A stretch of DNA of 57,492 nt from an uncultured Candidatus Saccharibacteria bacterium (GTDB lineage: Bacteria > Patescibacteriota > Minisyncoccia > UBA6257 > GWB1-50-10): the NCBI GenBank assembly GCA_964356375.1, contig CAYHGT010000004.1, positions 1-57,492 on the forward strand, given 5' to 3'. Below the pieces are notes generated by a model. That model worked only from the letters and a program-made list of their open reading frames with translations. It was not told where the DNA came from and did not search any database. The position numbers and the translations under genes are program-made. Numbering within the stretch: position 1 is the stretch's first letter; each line of letters opens with the position of its first letter. Below, piece after piece: positions 16,754 to 25,742 of this stretch.

Positions 16754-17752
16754 ATGAAGAACTGGAAAATGATCCTTTGGCTCACCGTTGCTGTTGCAAT
16801 TGTATTAGCGCTTTTGAGCGTAATGTTTTCACTTCGCGCGAACGCCGCCACAAACATAAGCCCAACGTCCACAGAACATTTCGCATGGGACGATGTTGTG
16901 GGCTGGTGGGATTTTTATACTACAAACACAGTGAACCTAAGTAGCTCCCGTATGAACGGCTATGCGAGTTCTTCTGTGCAAGAAATGTCACTTGATTGCT
17001 TTACTTCGCCCACAGGCAATATTTGCGGAACGTCAAACTACGGCGTATGCAACGGACTTTCGGCAACGCATAATACAGACGGCACGTGTTCCAATTCCGA
17101 CGCAAGTGGCTGGCTCTCGGGCTACGCATGGAATGACGCTGTGGGGTGGATTAGTTTTAGTTGTCGCAACACAGATGCTGGATGTGGCACGCCTGGAATT
17201 TCCGGATACTGGGGCGTGACAGTAGACACAATTAGCGGAGTATTTAGTGGATATGCGTGGAGCGACATTGCGGGATGGATTAGTTTCAATTGCGCAAATA
17301 ATTCAAGTTGCGGAAGTTCCAATTTTAAAGTGATTACAAGTTATCGCGCCACATCAACAACTGCACTGCTTGACTCCGCAGTCATTGATACGCAATCAGT
17401 AAACGGCGCGAACTTAAATAGCATTATGTGGGACGGCACGCAAAATGCGAACGCCACCGCGCAGACCACATATGTTGATTTCCAAATTGCGGTATCAAAT
17501 AGCGCAAGCGGTCCGTGGAGCTTTATTGGCCCAAGCGGAACCAGTTTGGATTATTACAGCGCGGCGTGTGACGCAGGATATAAGGGTGGAATAAACTCGG
17601 GAGGCAATGCGCCAATTCGTACCTCAATTTGTATTGACCCCACACAAGTTAAAAATATGCGCTACTTTAAATATCGCGTACGCTTGCGAAGTGATAGCGC
17701 ACAGACCGATACGCCACGCATAGACAATATCATCTTAAATTGGAGTAAGTAA
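16754..17752 (+). CDS. Secreted protein with W(D/N)D(A/V)xGW(I/W)(S/D)F repeats
   Basis: The ORF track starts at 16454, but ATG 16754 gives MKNWKMILWLTVAVAIVLALL (signal anchor) and sits 6 nt after a TATAAT box. Three repeats are seen: FAWDDVVGWWDF, YAWNDAVGWISF and YAWSDIAGWISF. Confidence 0.7.
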   Translation: MKNWKMILWLTVAVAIVLALLSVMFSLRANAATNISPTSTEHFAWDDVVGWWDFYTTNTVNLSSSRMNGYASSSVQEMSLDCFTSPTGNICGTSNYGVCNGLSATHNTDGTCSNSDASGWLSGYAWNDAVGWISFSCRNTDAGCGTPGISGYWGVTVDTISGVFSGYAWSDIAGWISFNCANNSSCGSSNFKVITSYRATSTTALLDSAVIDTQSVNGANLNSIMWDGTQNANATAQTTYVDFQIAVSNSASGPWSFIGPSGTSLDYYSAACDAGYKGGINSGGNAPIRTSICIDPTQVKNMRYFKYRVRLRSDSAQTDTPRIDNIILNWSK

Positions 17753-17794
17753 TTATTACTACCGGATTTATACTGATAAGAACGCGGATTTATA

Positions 17795-17836
17795 CGGATT
17801 AGGACTACCGGATTAGGACTACCGGATTAGGACTAC
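17795..17836 (+). repeat. Perfect 14-nt tandem repeat (CGGATTAGGACTAC)x3 inside a CGGATT-rich block
   Basis: Read directly from the sequence. CGGATT occurs 8 times between 17763 and 17876, upstream of cysS. Confidence 0.9.
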
Positions 17837-17953
17837 CGGATTTATACGGATTGTTGCTACCAGATAGATACGGATTAAACTGCACGATTTATGCGGATGT
17901 GTTTGTGGTGTTATCCGTATTAATCAGCTAAAATCAGTATAAATCACCCAATA

Positions 17954-19390
17954 ATGAAACTGTTAAATACCCTCTCGGGACACAAGGAAGAACTACAAAG
18001 ACCAACAAAGGGCCCCATTAAACTTTTTGTGTGTGGGCCTACGGTCTATGATGTGGCGCATATCGGCCACGCGCGTACCTACATCGCATTTGACGCGCTT
18101 ACGCGTTTTTTACGTTCGGAAAATTTCAAAGTATTTTATCTCCAAAACATTACGGATGTAGACGACAGAATCATAGACCGCGCGCGACGCGATCACATAA
18201 CACCCGAGAAACTCGCTTCTCAAAATGAGCGGGAATATAAAAAAGTGATGAAACGCATCGGCGTCATCTCCGTTACCAAATACGCAAATGCGAGCAAATA
18301 TATTCCGGAGATTGTGAAACAAATTCAGACACTCGTAGCACGTGGACACGCGTATGAGATTAAAGGAAACGGATATTATTTTAATATCGCGTCGTTTCCG
18401 GACTACGGGAAACTTTCCAAACGAACCGTGGCGCAAGCCGAAGATTCTGTGACACGCATTGATGAAGGAATACAGAAAAAAAATAGGGGCGATTTTGCAT
18501 TGTGGAAATTTGTAGACGTGAATCAAAAAAATAGTAAGAAGAAATTTGTTCTGGAAAACGGCGAACCAGCGTGGAATACAAAGCTCGGCTTTGGAAGACC
18601 GGGCTGGCACATTGAAGACACTGCGATTACCGAATCATTTTTCGGCCCACAATATGATATTCACGGCGGTGGCGAGGATTTAAAGTTCCCGCATCACGAG
18701 GCGGAAATTGCCCAGCAAGAGGCGGCATCGGGCAAAAAACCATTTGTAAAAATCTGGCTCCATACGGGCTTCATTCGCGTGCGCGGTGAAAAGATGTCAA
18801 AAAGTTTAAATAATTTTGTAACAATTGACGATTTCTTAAAAATGCATAGCGCGGATACGCTCCGCTGGCTTGTGCTCTCGCATCACTACCGCTCACCCAT
18901 TGATTTCAATGAGGATGTGGTGCGCGATGCCGAAAAATCATTGGACACACTCAAAAGTTTTATAGAAAAACTGGCGTTCACGGTTAAGCACTCTAAAAAC
19001 ATAAAAAAGCATATAACGGATATAGCGCTTCGCGCAGATGCCACACAAGCAGAATTCGTAAACGCGCTTCGCGATGATTTCAATACTCCCGAAGCGATTG
19101 CCACACTATTTTCATTTGCAAACACCATAAATCCCACACTCCTCGGGATGAACCCGCGTGACGCCAAGACGGCGCAAAAACCACTCCTCTACGCCTTGAA
19201 ACTATTCGGAATCTCAATAAAAACTACGGCCGTACCATCAAAAATCACGAAACTCGTAAAAGCACGCGAGTTATCCCGTACCCATAAACAGTTTACGAAG
19301 TCCGATGACTTGCGCAAAGCAATAACTGAATTAGGATACTCTATAGACGATACGCCCTTGGGGCCGTTCGTCAGAAGAGTATGGCAGTAA
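17954..19390 (+). CDS. cysS: Cysteine--tRNA ligase
   Basis: 478 aa with the class I motifs HIGHARTY and KMSKS, and a CysRS-type anticodon-binding C-terminus. Confidence 0.95.
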   Translation: MKLLNTLSGHKEELQRPTKGPIKLFVCGPTVYDVAHIGHARTYIAFDALTRFLRSENFKVFYLQNITDVDDRIIDRARRDHITPEKLASQNEREYKKVMKRIGVISVTKYANASKYIPEIVKQIQTLVARGHAYEIKGNGYYFNIASFPDYGKLSKRTVAQAEDSVTRIDEGIQKKNRGDFALWKFVDVNQKNSKKKFVLENGEPAWNTKLGFGRPGWHIEDTAITESFFGPQYDIHGGGEDLKFPHHEAEIAQQEAASGKKPFVKIWLHTGFIRVRGEKMSKSLNNFVTIDDFLKMHSADTLRWLVLSHHYRSPIDFNEDVVRDAEKSLDTLKSFIEKLAFTVKHSKNIKKHITDIALRADATQAEFVNALRDDFNTPEAIATLFSFANTINPTLLGMNPRDAKTAQKPLLYALKLFGISIKTTAVPSKITKLVKARELSRTHKQFTKSDDLRKAITELGYSIDDTPLGPFVRRVWQ

Positions 19391-20742
19391 TTAAACACAC
19401 GCAATTCAAAGTTCCCCCACAGGACCTTGATGCCGAAGTTTCGGTATTGGGTTCGCTTATGCTTGATAAGAACGCGATTATCCATGTCGCGGATATTTTG
19501 TCGTCTCACGATTTTTATCATCCAGCGCACCAAAAGATTTATGAAGTTATTTTAGAGCTTTTTGAACGTGGTGAGCCAATTGATATTCTTACCGTCTCAC
19601 ATAAATTAAAGGGGAAAAAAATATTTAAGGATGTCGGGGGTACGGAGTATCTTTCCGAGCTTGTATCCCGCGTGCCGACCTCTGCACACATTGAGCAGTA
19701 TGCGACTATCGTAAAAGAAAAACACATACGCCGAGAAATTATTAATGCGTCATCCGTTATTAACGAACAGGCGTTTGAGCACGCGGACTTTGAATCATTG
19801 ATAGATGAGGTGGAACAAAAAATATTCGGCATCTCTCAGCGTTCACGTCCGCAAAAATTTGCGCACATCAAAGAAGGCCTTCCTGAGGCATATGAACGTT
19901 TGGAAAAATTGCATCAGGGTGATAAGAATACGCTCCGAGGCGTGCCAACACATTTTACAAAACTTGATAATCTTCTTTCTGGTTTTCAACGTTCCGATTT
20001 GATAATTTTGGGCGCAAGGCCATCGGTAGGTAAGACCTCGCTCGCGCTTGATATTGCGCGTCAGACCGCCATGAGCGGACACGCGGTAGGTATTTTCTCG
20101 GTTGAAATGTCCCGCGACCAGATTATTGATCGCTTTATCGCAAGCCAGGCGCAGATTCCACTCTGGCGGTTACGCAGTGGCCGATTGAATGACGAATTGG
20201 AATTCGCGCTCGTGCAACAAGCGCTTGATGAGCTTTCTAAGGCGCCTATATTTATTGACGACAGCTCCTCGCCCACTATTCTCCAAATGCGCTCAATTGC
20301 GCGCCGACTTCAATTGGAACATAAATTAGACCTCCTCATTGTTGACTATATTCAGCTAATTCGCCCAAATACTTCAAGCGATAATGTTGTGGCGCAAGTA
20401 AGTGAAATATCGCGTGGCTTAAAAGCCCTTGCCCGTGAACTCAATATTCCAGTGCTCGCGCTTTCACAGCTCTCGCGCGACATTGAAAAGCGCGACTCAA
20501 AACTCCCTCGCCTTTCCGATTTGCGTGAATCAGGCAGTTTGGAACAGGACGCGGACGTCGTGATGTTCCTTTCGCGCGACATGAATGAGCGCACAGACCT
20601 ACCAGAAGAAAGTCAGGGCATTGTGAAAGTATTTGTTCAAAAACATCGTAATGGCCCTACGGGCACATTTGAGCTCGGCTTTGATAAAGAGAGGGCGAGC
20701 TTCCGCAATATTGATGCCGTGCACATCCCTGAGGATTATTAG
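19381..20742 (+). CDS. dnaB: Replicative DNA helicase DnaB
   Basis: 453 aa with the N-terminal DnaB domain PPQDLDAEVSVLGSLMLD, Walker A GARPSVGKTS, and RecA-like C-terminal motifs. Confidence 0.95.
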   Translation: MAVIKHTQFKVPPQDLDAEVSVLGSLMLDKNAIIHVADILSSHDFYHPAHQKIYEVILELFERGEPIDILTVSHKLKGKKIFKDVGGTEYLSELVSRVPTSAHIEQYATIVKEKHIRREIINASSVINEQAFEHADFESLIDEVEQKIFGISQRSRPQKFAHIKEGLPEAYERLEKLHQGDKNTLRGVPTHFTKLDNLLSGFQRSDLIILGARPSVGKTSLALDIARQTAMSGHAVGIFSVEMSRDQIIDRFIASQAQIPLWRLRSGRLNDELEFALVQQALDELSKAPIFIDDSSSPTILQMRSIARRLQLEHKLDLLIVDYIQLIRPNTSSDNVVAQVSEISRGLKALARELNIPVLALSQLSRDIEKRDSKLPRLSDLRESGSLEQDADVVMFLSRDMNERTDLPEESQGIVKVFVQKHRNGPTGTFELGFDKERASFRNIDAVHIPEDY

Positions 20743-20769
20743 CGCATTTCTCGCATTCCCTCTTTATTA

Positions 20770-20931
20770 GGGGTCGTTTGTATAATAATTTTCGTAACAA
20801 AATTTTCAGATTTTAGGCGAGGCAAAGCAAAAATTTTGAAAGCGTATACGAAGAATACATTGAAAAATTTTTGCAAAGCCGTAGCCAAAATATGAAAATT
20901 GCAGTAGAAAGGTTATTATATAAAAGACCCC
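20770..20931. repeat. Long imperfect inverted repeat (~80-nt arms) filling the dnaB-recR spacer
   Basis: The arms start GGGGTCGTTTGTATAATAA... and end ...TTATTATATAAAAGACCCC. By-eye alignment gives about three quarters identity, with internal mismatched blocks. Confidence 0.7.
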
Positions 20932-20935
20932 CAAG

Positions 20936-21535
20936 ATGATACCTGAGCAGATTAAAAAATTTATTGAGATTTTCTCGCGCCTCCCTTCAATCGGTCCACG
21001 TCTTGCAACGCGTCTTTCATTTTATCTTTTGGAGCTTGATAAGGCGGAACGCAAAGAACTTGAAACAGTACTTATAGGGCTCAACGCGCTTGATAGATGT
21101 CCGCGCTGTTTTTTCTTGAAAAGCGAAAATGTGACGGTATGCGATATTTGCGCAAATCCGAGCCGAGACCCATTCACTATTGCAATCGTTGAAAAAGAAA
21201 CGGATATCATCTCACTTGAACGGGCGCGCAAATTTAATGGGCACTACGTAATCATTGGCGAACTTCCTGAAAAAGGAATGCTGGAAAGTGTGCATAAATT
21301 ACGCTTGCAAAATTTAAAATCAAGAATAGAGAATGAACTTGGAGGACGCGCAAACGAACTTGTTATTGCCTTAAACCCTACCACATTCGGCGACTTTGTT
21401 GCGAGCATTATAAAACAAGATTTCAAAAATCTTGCAAAACAAATCACCCGCCTTGGACGCGGAATTCCAACGGGTGGAGAGATAGAATTTGCTGACGAAG
21501 AGACGTTGGGTAGCGCCCTTGAGAGGAGAATGTAG
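20936..21535 (+). CDS. recR: Recombination protein RecR
   Basis: 199 aa with HhH LPSIGPRLATRL, the C4 zinc finger CPRC...CDIC and a Toprim domain. Confidence 0.95.
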   Translation: MIPEQIKKFIEIFSRLPSIGPRLATRLSFYLLELDKAERKELETVLIGLNALDRCPRCFFLKSENVTVCDICANPSRDPFTIAIVEKETDIISLERARKFNGHYVIIGELPEKGMLESVHKLRLQNLKSRIENELGGRANELVIALNPTTFGDFVASIIKQDFKNLAKQITRLGRGIPTGGEIEFADEETLGSALERRM

Positions 21536-21587
21536 GGCTCACCAACCCTTGCCTTTCGGAACCAGAATATTTTTCTTCTGAAAAATT

Positions 21588-21607
21588 CCTGCCTACCGGC
21601 AGGCAGG
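21588..21607. repeat. GC hairpin CCTGCCTACCGGCAGGCAGG (copy 1)
   Basis: 7-bp stem. An identical 20-mer recurs at 53105..53124. Confidence 0.85.
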
Positions 21608-21815
21608 TCTTCCCCCTCAGCCACCTTCGTGGCTTGTGGACGTTCCTCAAGGCAAGGGTGGGCTCACTGGAATAAGAAAAATCATCCGATCGCCTACCTA
21701 CGGTAGGCACTGGGGCGGGCTTTTTTAAGTATAGCGGTTCGTGACTTTGGTCCAACGATTAAAGAACGCGTATTAAAAACCCAAAACACAATGTTCGGGA
21801 TTTTTAGTTGTGATG

Positions 21816-23414
21816 CTAACGAGGAATCTGGATTGAGCTCAAGATAGAAGTAAGCTGGTCTACACTCAATAGTCCACGCGCTGCGGCTTGCTGTACGAGC
21901 TGGAGGAGCAAGGTGATGAGCTGAACAAGTTGCTGTTTGAGTGCCTGTGGTGAAGTATCGCTACCTGTCACTGTGGAAGTGGCGGACGTGCAACGCAATA
22001 TCATGCCACAAGATGTTTGAGGATTATAGTTCGGACCTTGGGTATAGGTACATCCCTGGGGTGGCGGGGCGTAATCACAGAGAGGCGCGGTGCTGGTACT
22101 GCTAACAGAACCAATAGTAAGGTCTACACTTGGAGCAAAATTTCCACCGAGAGGATTAGTAGCAACCATATTAGCTGGCTGAAGCCAAATATTCATGCTA
22201 TACGCTCCCGCGGGTACTGTTGTTGGAGTTTTATAACAACTCCAAAGAGGCTGGGTGTAATTACATGGATTATAAAACGATTTATCACGATTTGGATCAA
22301 GTCCATATACGGTACCCACTGAATTCCATGTATAGCTTCCTGTATTGGAAACACTGGCGACAAGATATCTGTATTTCAGTGAACCAATGTTCGTCGAAGA
22401 AAGCATATCTTCATTACTTAGTTTTTTGTCAATAAATACATGACCAGTAGCATTACTATCAAGTCCTGTTGTTTGCCAACGGATTGTTTGTGAACTTCCT
22501 GATGCCCAAGAACTATTTGCTACCGGTGAAGTAATGGTAATAGTTGGTGTTGCGCTTGATTCACCACTAGTACCAGAACCAGAATCAGTGAGATTGAAAG
22601 AAATTTTATTGGACCCTACGGTGCCTGTATGTTTGCCAGAAAGCATAATCCATATTTGATATGGCGACCCGCTTGCTGGTAAAGTTGTTGGCACCCAGCT
22701 TATTGCTGATGTTGCTGATCCAGAAAAAACTAATGCATCACCTGCTTTCCATGTGAAACTTCCTGTATTGGAAACCCCGTTTATGGGGACAATTGAATGT
22801 GATTTCCCATCTTTGTCCACAACACTGATTTTAACTACACTCGTCGCATCGGTAGAAAAAACGTCAGGAAAAGTCCAATTAATTGTCTGTGAATCACCTA
22901 TTTTCCAAGAATCACCAGCGCTTGGTGAAGTTATTGAAACTCCATTAAGTACTGTAAATTTTACCAACACATTATTCGATGTTGCCGATTCACCAACAGA
23001 GGGAAAACAAGTAACACTAAAAGGGATATCTCCAGAATTACCAGGAGGAACACCGCCATAAAGTGTAAATGTGGCTGAACCACTCGGAGTCATGTACACC
23101 CCGTACGGCAGATTTGCATTAGGTCCAAAAGAAGCGGGAGGATACCACCTAGTAGGTATGGTTGTTTCATTTGCTGTTGTCCAAAAGTAATTTGACCCCT
23201 TACAATAATCAGCACCCGTCGAAGCCCAAGCAAGAACAAACTTCTCCGATTGCAATCCATTAATAACAGATACATTCTGCGGAGTCGCCGTAAGTGTAAC
23301 CGTAACCGGCGCGGGTGGCGCCGTCTGCGCGTTCGCAACATTCACAAATGACCCCACATACCCAACTCCAAACAACACGACTAACACCAAAAACAATATT
23401 TTAAATATTTTCAT
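21816..23414 (-). CDS. Secreted Ser/Thr-rich repeat protein
   Basis: 532 aa with a signal peptide. Has repeated I(T)SPxxGxSWxxGxSQTIxW modules (Kre9/KNH-like small beta domains) and a C-terminal helical tail. Confidence 0.7.
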   Translation of the reverse strand: MKIFKILFLVLVVLFGVGYVGSFVNVANAQTAPPAPVTVTLTATPQNVSVINGLQSEKFVLAWASTGADYCKGSNYFWTTANETTIPTRWYPPASFGPNANLPYGVYMTPSGSATFTLYGGVPPGNSGDIPFSVTCFPSVGESATSNNVLVKFTVLNGVSITSPSAGDSWKIGDSQTINWTFPDVFSTDATSVVKISVVDKDGKSHSIVPINGVSNTGSFTWKAGDALVFSGSATSAISWVPTTLPASGSPYQIWIMLSGKHTGTVGSNKISFNLTDSGSGTSGESSATPTITITSPVANSSWASGSSQTIRWQTTGLDSNATGHVFIDKKLSNEDMLSSTNIGSLKYRYLVASVSNTGSYTWNSVGTVYGLDPNRDKSFYNPCNYTQPLWSCYKTPTTVPAGAYSMNIWLQPANMVATNPLGGNFAPSVDLTIGSVSSTSTAPLCDYAPPPQGCTYTQGPNYNPQTSCGMILRCTSATSTVTGSDTSPQALKQQLVQLITLLLQLVQQAAARGLLSVDQLTSILSSIQIPR

Positions 23415-23465
23415 AATTGTTATATATAAATACGACTTTATGTATTCAGTATAGCATATTAATAC

Positions 23466-23507
23466 TAAAAAATCCCCTTCGACGCAACATCGGAGGGGAT
23501 TTTTTTA
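23466..23507. terminator. Bidirectional hairpin terminator after rplU
   Basis: ATCCCCT...AGGGGAT stem flanked by an A-run and a T-run. Confidence 0.7.
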
Positions 23508-23508
23508 C

Positions 23509-23817
23509 TTAGACAGTTACAATTTCTATTTCTGTAAGATGCTGTTTGTGACCCTTCTTCCTGCGCGTGCGAGCCTTTGAGCTGTATTTGAAGGTAATCT
23601 TCTTCTCATCACGCGTCTGGCGGACAATAGTCCCCCTTACGGTTGCGCCTTTCACAAACGGGGTTCCTACCACCACAGAATCCTTGTCTGCGGTCAAAAG
23701 GACCTCGTCAAATGTGAGTGATTTTCCTTTCTCGCCTTCAAGTTTCTCTACTTTTAATATTGAGCCTTTGCGGACCTTATACTGCTTTCCACCAGTCTTT
23801 ATAATTGCGAATGCCAT
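23509..23817 (-). CDS. rplU: 50S ribosomal protein L21
   Basis: 102 aa. MAFAIIKTGGKQYKV is the canonical L21 N-terminus. Confidence 0.95.
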   Translation of the reverse strand: MAFAIIKTGGKQYKVRKGSILKVEKLEGEKGKSLTFDEVLLTADKDSVVVGTPFVKGATVRGTIVRQTRDEKKITFKYSSKARTRRKKGHKQHLTEIEIVTV

Positions 23818-23905
23818 ATCTGAAATAGGATACTAAAAACGCATAAAAAATGCAAGTATCGGTAAACCAAAATAACCGAGCATATGATACTATATAGACA
23901 ACGTC

Positions 23906-24178
23906 ATGAATTTACCACTTCACACAAACATCAAGGTCGCAGTATTGCTTTTTGCCATTGTCGGCGTTGGCGTAGTTATTTTTTATACACTTAGAAAATC
24001 TACCCCACCATTACTGCCAAAAGAAGGACTAAGTACTGAGGACGTGCAACGTATTGATGTTGCGCCCGAGAGTTCTCTACCAGAACATCAAGTAATTCTT
24101 CCAAATGGGCAATCGCTTGATGATTATGCAAAAAGTAGAGGTATAAGCGCAGGTATAGCAACCACGACAACAAAATAG
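23906..24178 (+). CDS. Small membrane-anchored hypothetical protein
   Basis: 90-aa ORF with one TM helix, followed by a strong hairpin terminator. No homology recognised. Confidence 0.4.
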   Translation: MNLPLHTNIKVAVLLFAIVGVGVVIFYTLRKSTPPLLPKEGLSTEDVQRIDVAPESSLPEHQVILPNGQSLDDYAKSRGISAGIATTTTK

Positions 24179-24223
24179 CAAGTCCGGTCCCTTTTTTAAA
24201 TTTTAGAAATAGTGTTGCCTTAC

Positions 24224-24256
24224 AAAAACCCCCACGTTATTAGCGAGGGGGTTTTT
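24224..24256. terminator. Bidirectional hairpin terminator between convergent genes
   Basis: AAAAACCCCC-13 nt-GGGGGTTTTT. Confidence 0.7.
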
Positions 24257-24275
24257 AAGTTCTAAGCAAGTTGAA

Positions 24276-24953
24276 TTAGCCAACGTGATCTTTCATCTTG
24301 CTGATGAGAGAGGCCGCATAATCCTTGCCACCAAGTCCGAATGCAATACCACCCGCAATCGCAAGCATTGCCATAAATCCAGTCACAAGTGCTTGAATTA
24401 TAGGAACTGCGATGCCGAGTTGCGTAAGCGTTGCGAAGAAACCGAAGATAACAACTGCCCACCACGTGAGTGATGATAAAAAGCCCGCCGCTGCGAGGCG
24501 CGAACTCTTGACCGCTGCATTTACGATTTTTCTCAACACATTTGCAATAACAACCGACGCAAGCATTATGAGTACTGCGACGATTACGTTCGGAACATAC
24601 AAGAGCGCCTCTTTAAGGAAGCTCGAGAGGGAATAGAATCCCAAAATATCGGTTGCCGCGAGAAGGAAGACCAACACGAGGAACCAATACACGATTTTTC
24701 CAAAAAACTTGCCTGCATTTACCGAAATACCCGCACGCTCAAAATACTCATTAAGGCCTAAGCTTGCGAACAATTTATCCAACTTTACGAGATTTACGAC
24801 TCTCTCAACAAGCGCCCCCAAGCCACCCGCCACCACGAGACCGATTATCAAAATGATAAGCGCGCCAAGCGTATTTGCGAGTACATCCACCGCACCTGCC
24901 CACAAATTCTGCAATGAATTAACAACCACAGATGTCCAGTTTTGAAATACCAT
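24276..24953 (-). CDS. Membrane protein with conserved-TM-helix repeats (MscS N-terminal-like)
   Basis: 225 aa with four or five TM helices carrying LGALIILIIGLVVAG-type repeats. Confidence 0.6.
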   Translation of the reverse strand: MVFQNWTSVVVNSLQNLWAGAVDVLANTLGALIILIIGLVVAGGLGALVERVVNLVKLDKLFASLGLNEYFERAGISVNAGKFFGKIVYWFLVLVFLLAATDILGFYSLSSFLKEALLYVPNVIVAVLIMLASVVIANVLRKIVNAAVKSSRLAAAGFLSSLTWWAVVIFGFFATLTQLGIAVPIIQALVTGFMAMLAIAGGIAFGLGGKDYAASLISKMKDHVG

Positions 24954-25053
24954 ATAGTATATTTGCTTTGTTTTGTGTTTACTTTGTTCTTCGACCTTTT
25001 ATCACTTATAATTATATCATACCGAACACTAAGAATCGGCTTACAATAATATT

Positions 25054-25731
25054 GTGAAAATTAAGATAAATCTGCATCTCCACACAAACGACGACGCGGA
25101 AGATTCAATTCATTACTCATTTATTGATGCATTGCGCGTAGCAAAAATGCATGGATTTGGGTGTCTTGCGCTTACCTGCCATAACAAATTTGTGGATAAG
25201 GAGGAATATCGCAAAACAGCAGAAATGCTTGGAATTCTCTTTATACCAGGCATAGAACGCACCATTGAAAAACGGCACGTCGTGATACTTAATCCCGACA
25301 AAGACGTGAATGCCGTAAAAACATTTGAAGCTCTTCGCGCATACAAAAATTTACACCCGGAAATATTCGTGCTCGCCGTGCACCCTTATTTCCCTGGTGG
25401 ATACTCATTACAGGAAAAACTTGAGGAACATAAAGATCTTTTTGATGCGATAGAACATTCTTGGTTCTACTCTACACATATAAATCGCAACAAAAAAGCC
25501 ACGTCTATGGCAAAAAAACTAAATCTTCCACTTATTGCCACATCGGACACGCACAATCTTAAATTCCTGAAGACAAATTACGCAGAAATTGAAGTTGAGG
25601 AAAAAACGATACCCGCATTATTTAAAGCGATTAGAAACAATAATTTCACTAATACCACATCTCCACGAAAACTATTTCGCGAAATGACGCCGTACATACT
25701 GCATAGCTTTTTCACACGAAGAGAAAGATAA
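25054..25731 (+). CDS. PHP-domain metal-dependent phosphoesterase
   Basis: 225 aa with a GTG start. Has the HLHTNDD N-terminal His motif and the C-terminal ATSDTHN motif. Confidence 0.8.
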   Translation: MKIKINLHLHTNDDAEDSIHYSFIDALRVAKMHGFGCLALTCHNKFVDKEEYRKTAEMLGILFIPGIERTIEKRHVVILNPDKDVNAVKTFEALRAYKNLHPEIFVLAVHPYFPGGYSLQEKLEEHKDLFDAIEHSWFYSTHINRNKKATSMAKKLNLPLIATSDTHNLKFLKTNYAEIEVEEKTIPALFKAIRNNNFTNTTSPRKLFREMTPYILHSFFTRRER

Positions 25732-25742
25732 TAGTGCGCATT

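Noticed and set aside
17753-17953. T-box leader or oriC upstream of cysS
   Set aside because: There is no T-box consensus (AGGGTGGNACCGCG), specifier, or terminator/antiterminator pair. Only one weak DnaA-box-like 9-mer is present, and there is no dnaA gene. It is kept only as an iteron-like repeat cluster.
21244-21755. Minus-strand ORFs overlapping the recR 3' end and the GC-rich hairpin block
   Set aside because: These are translations of palindromic GC-rich repeats and of antisense recR sequence. No coding signal.
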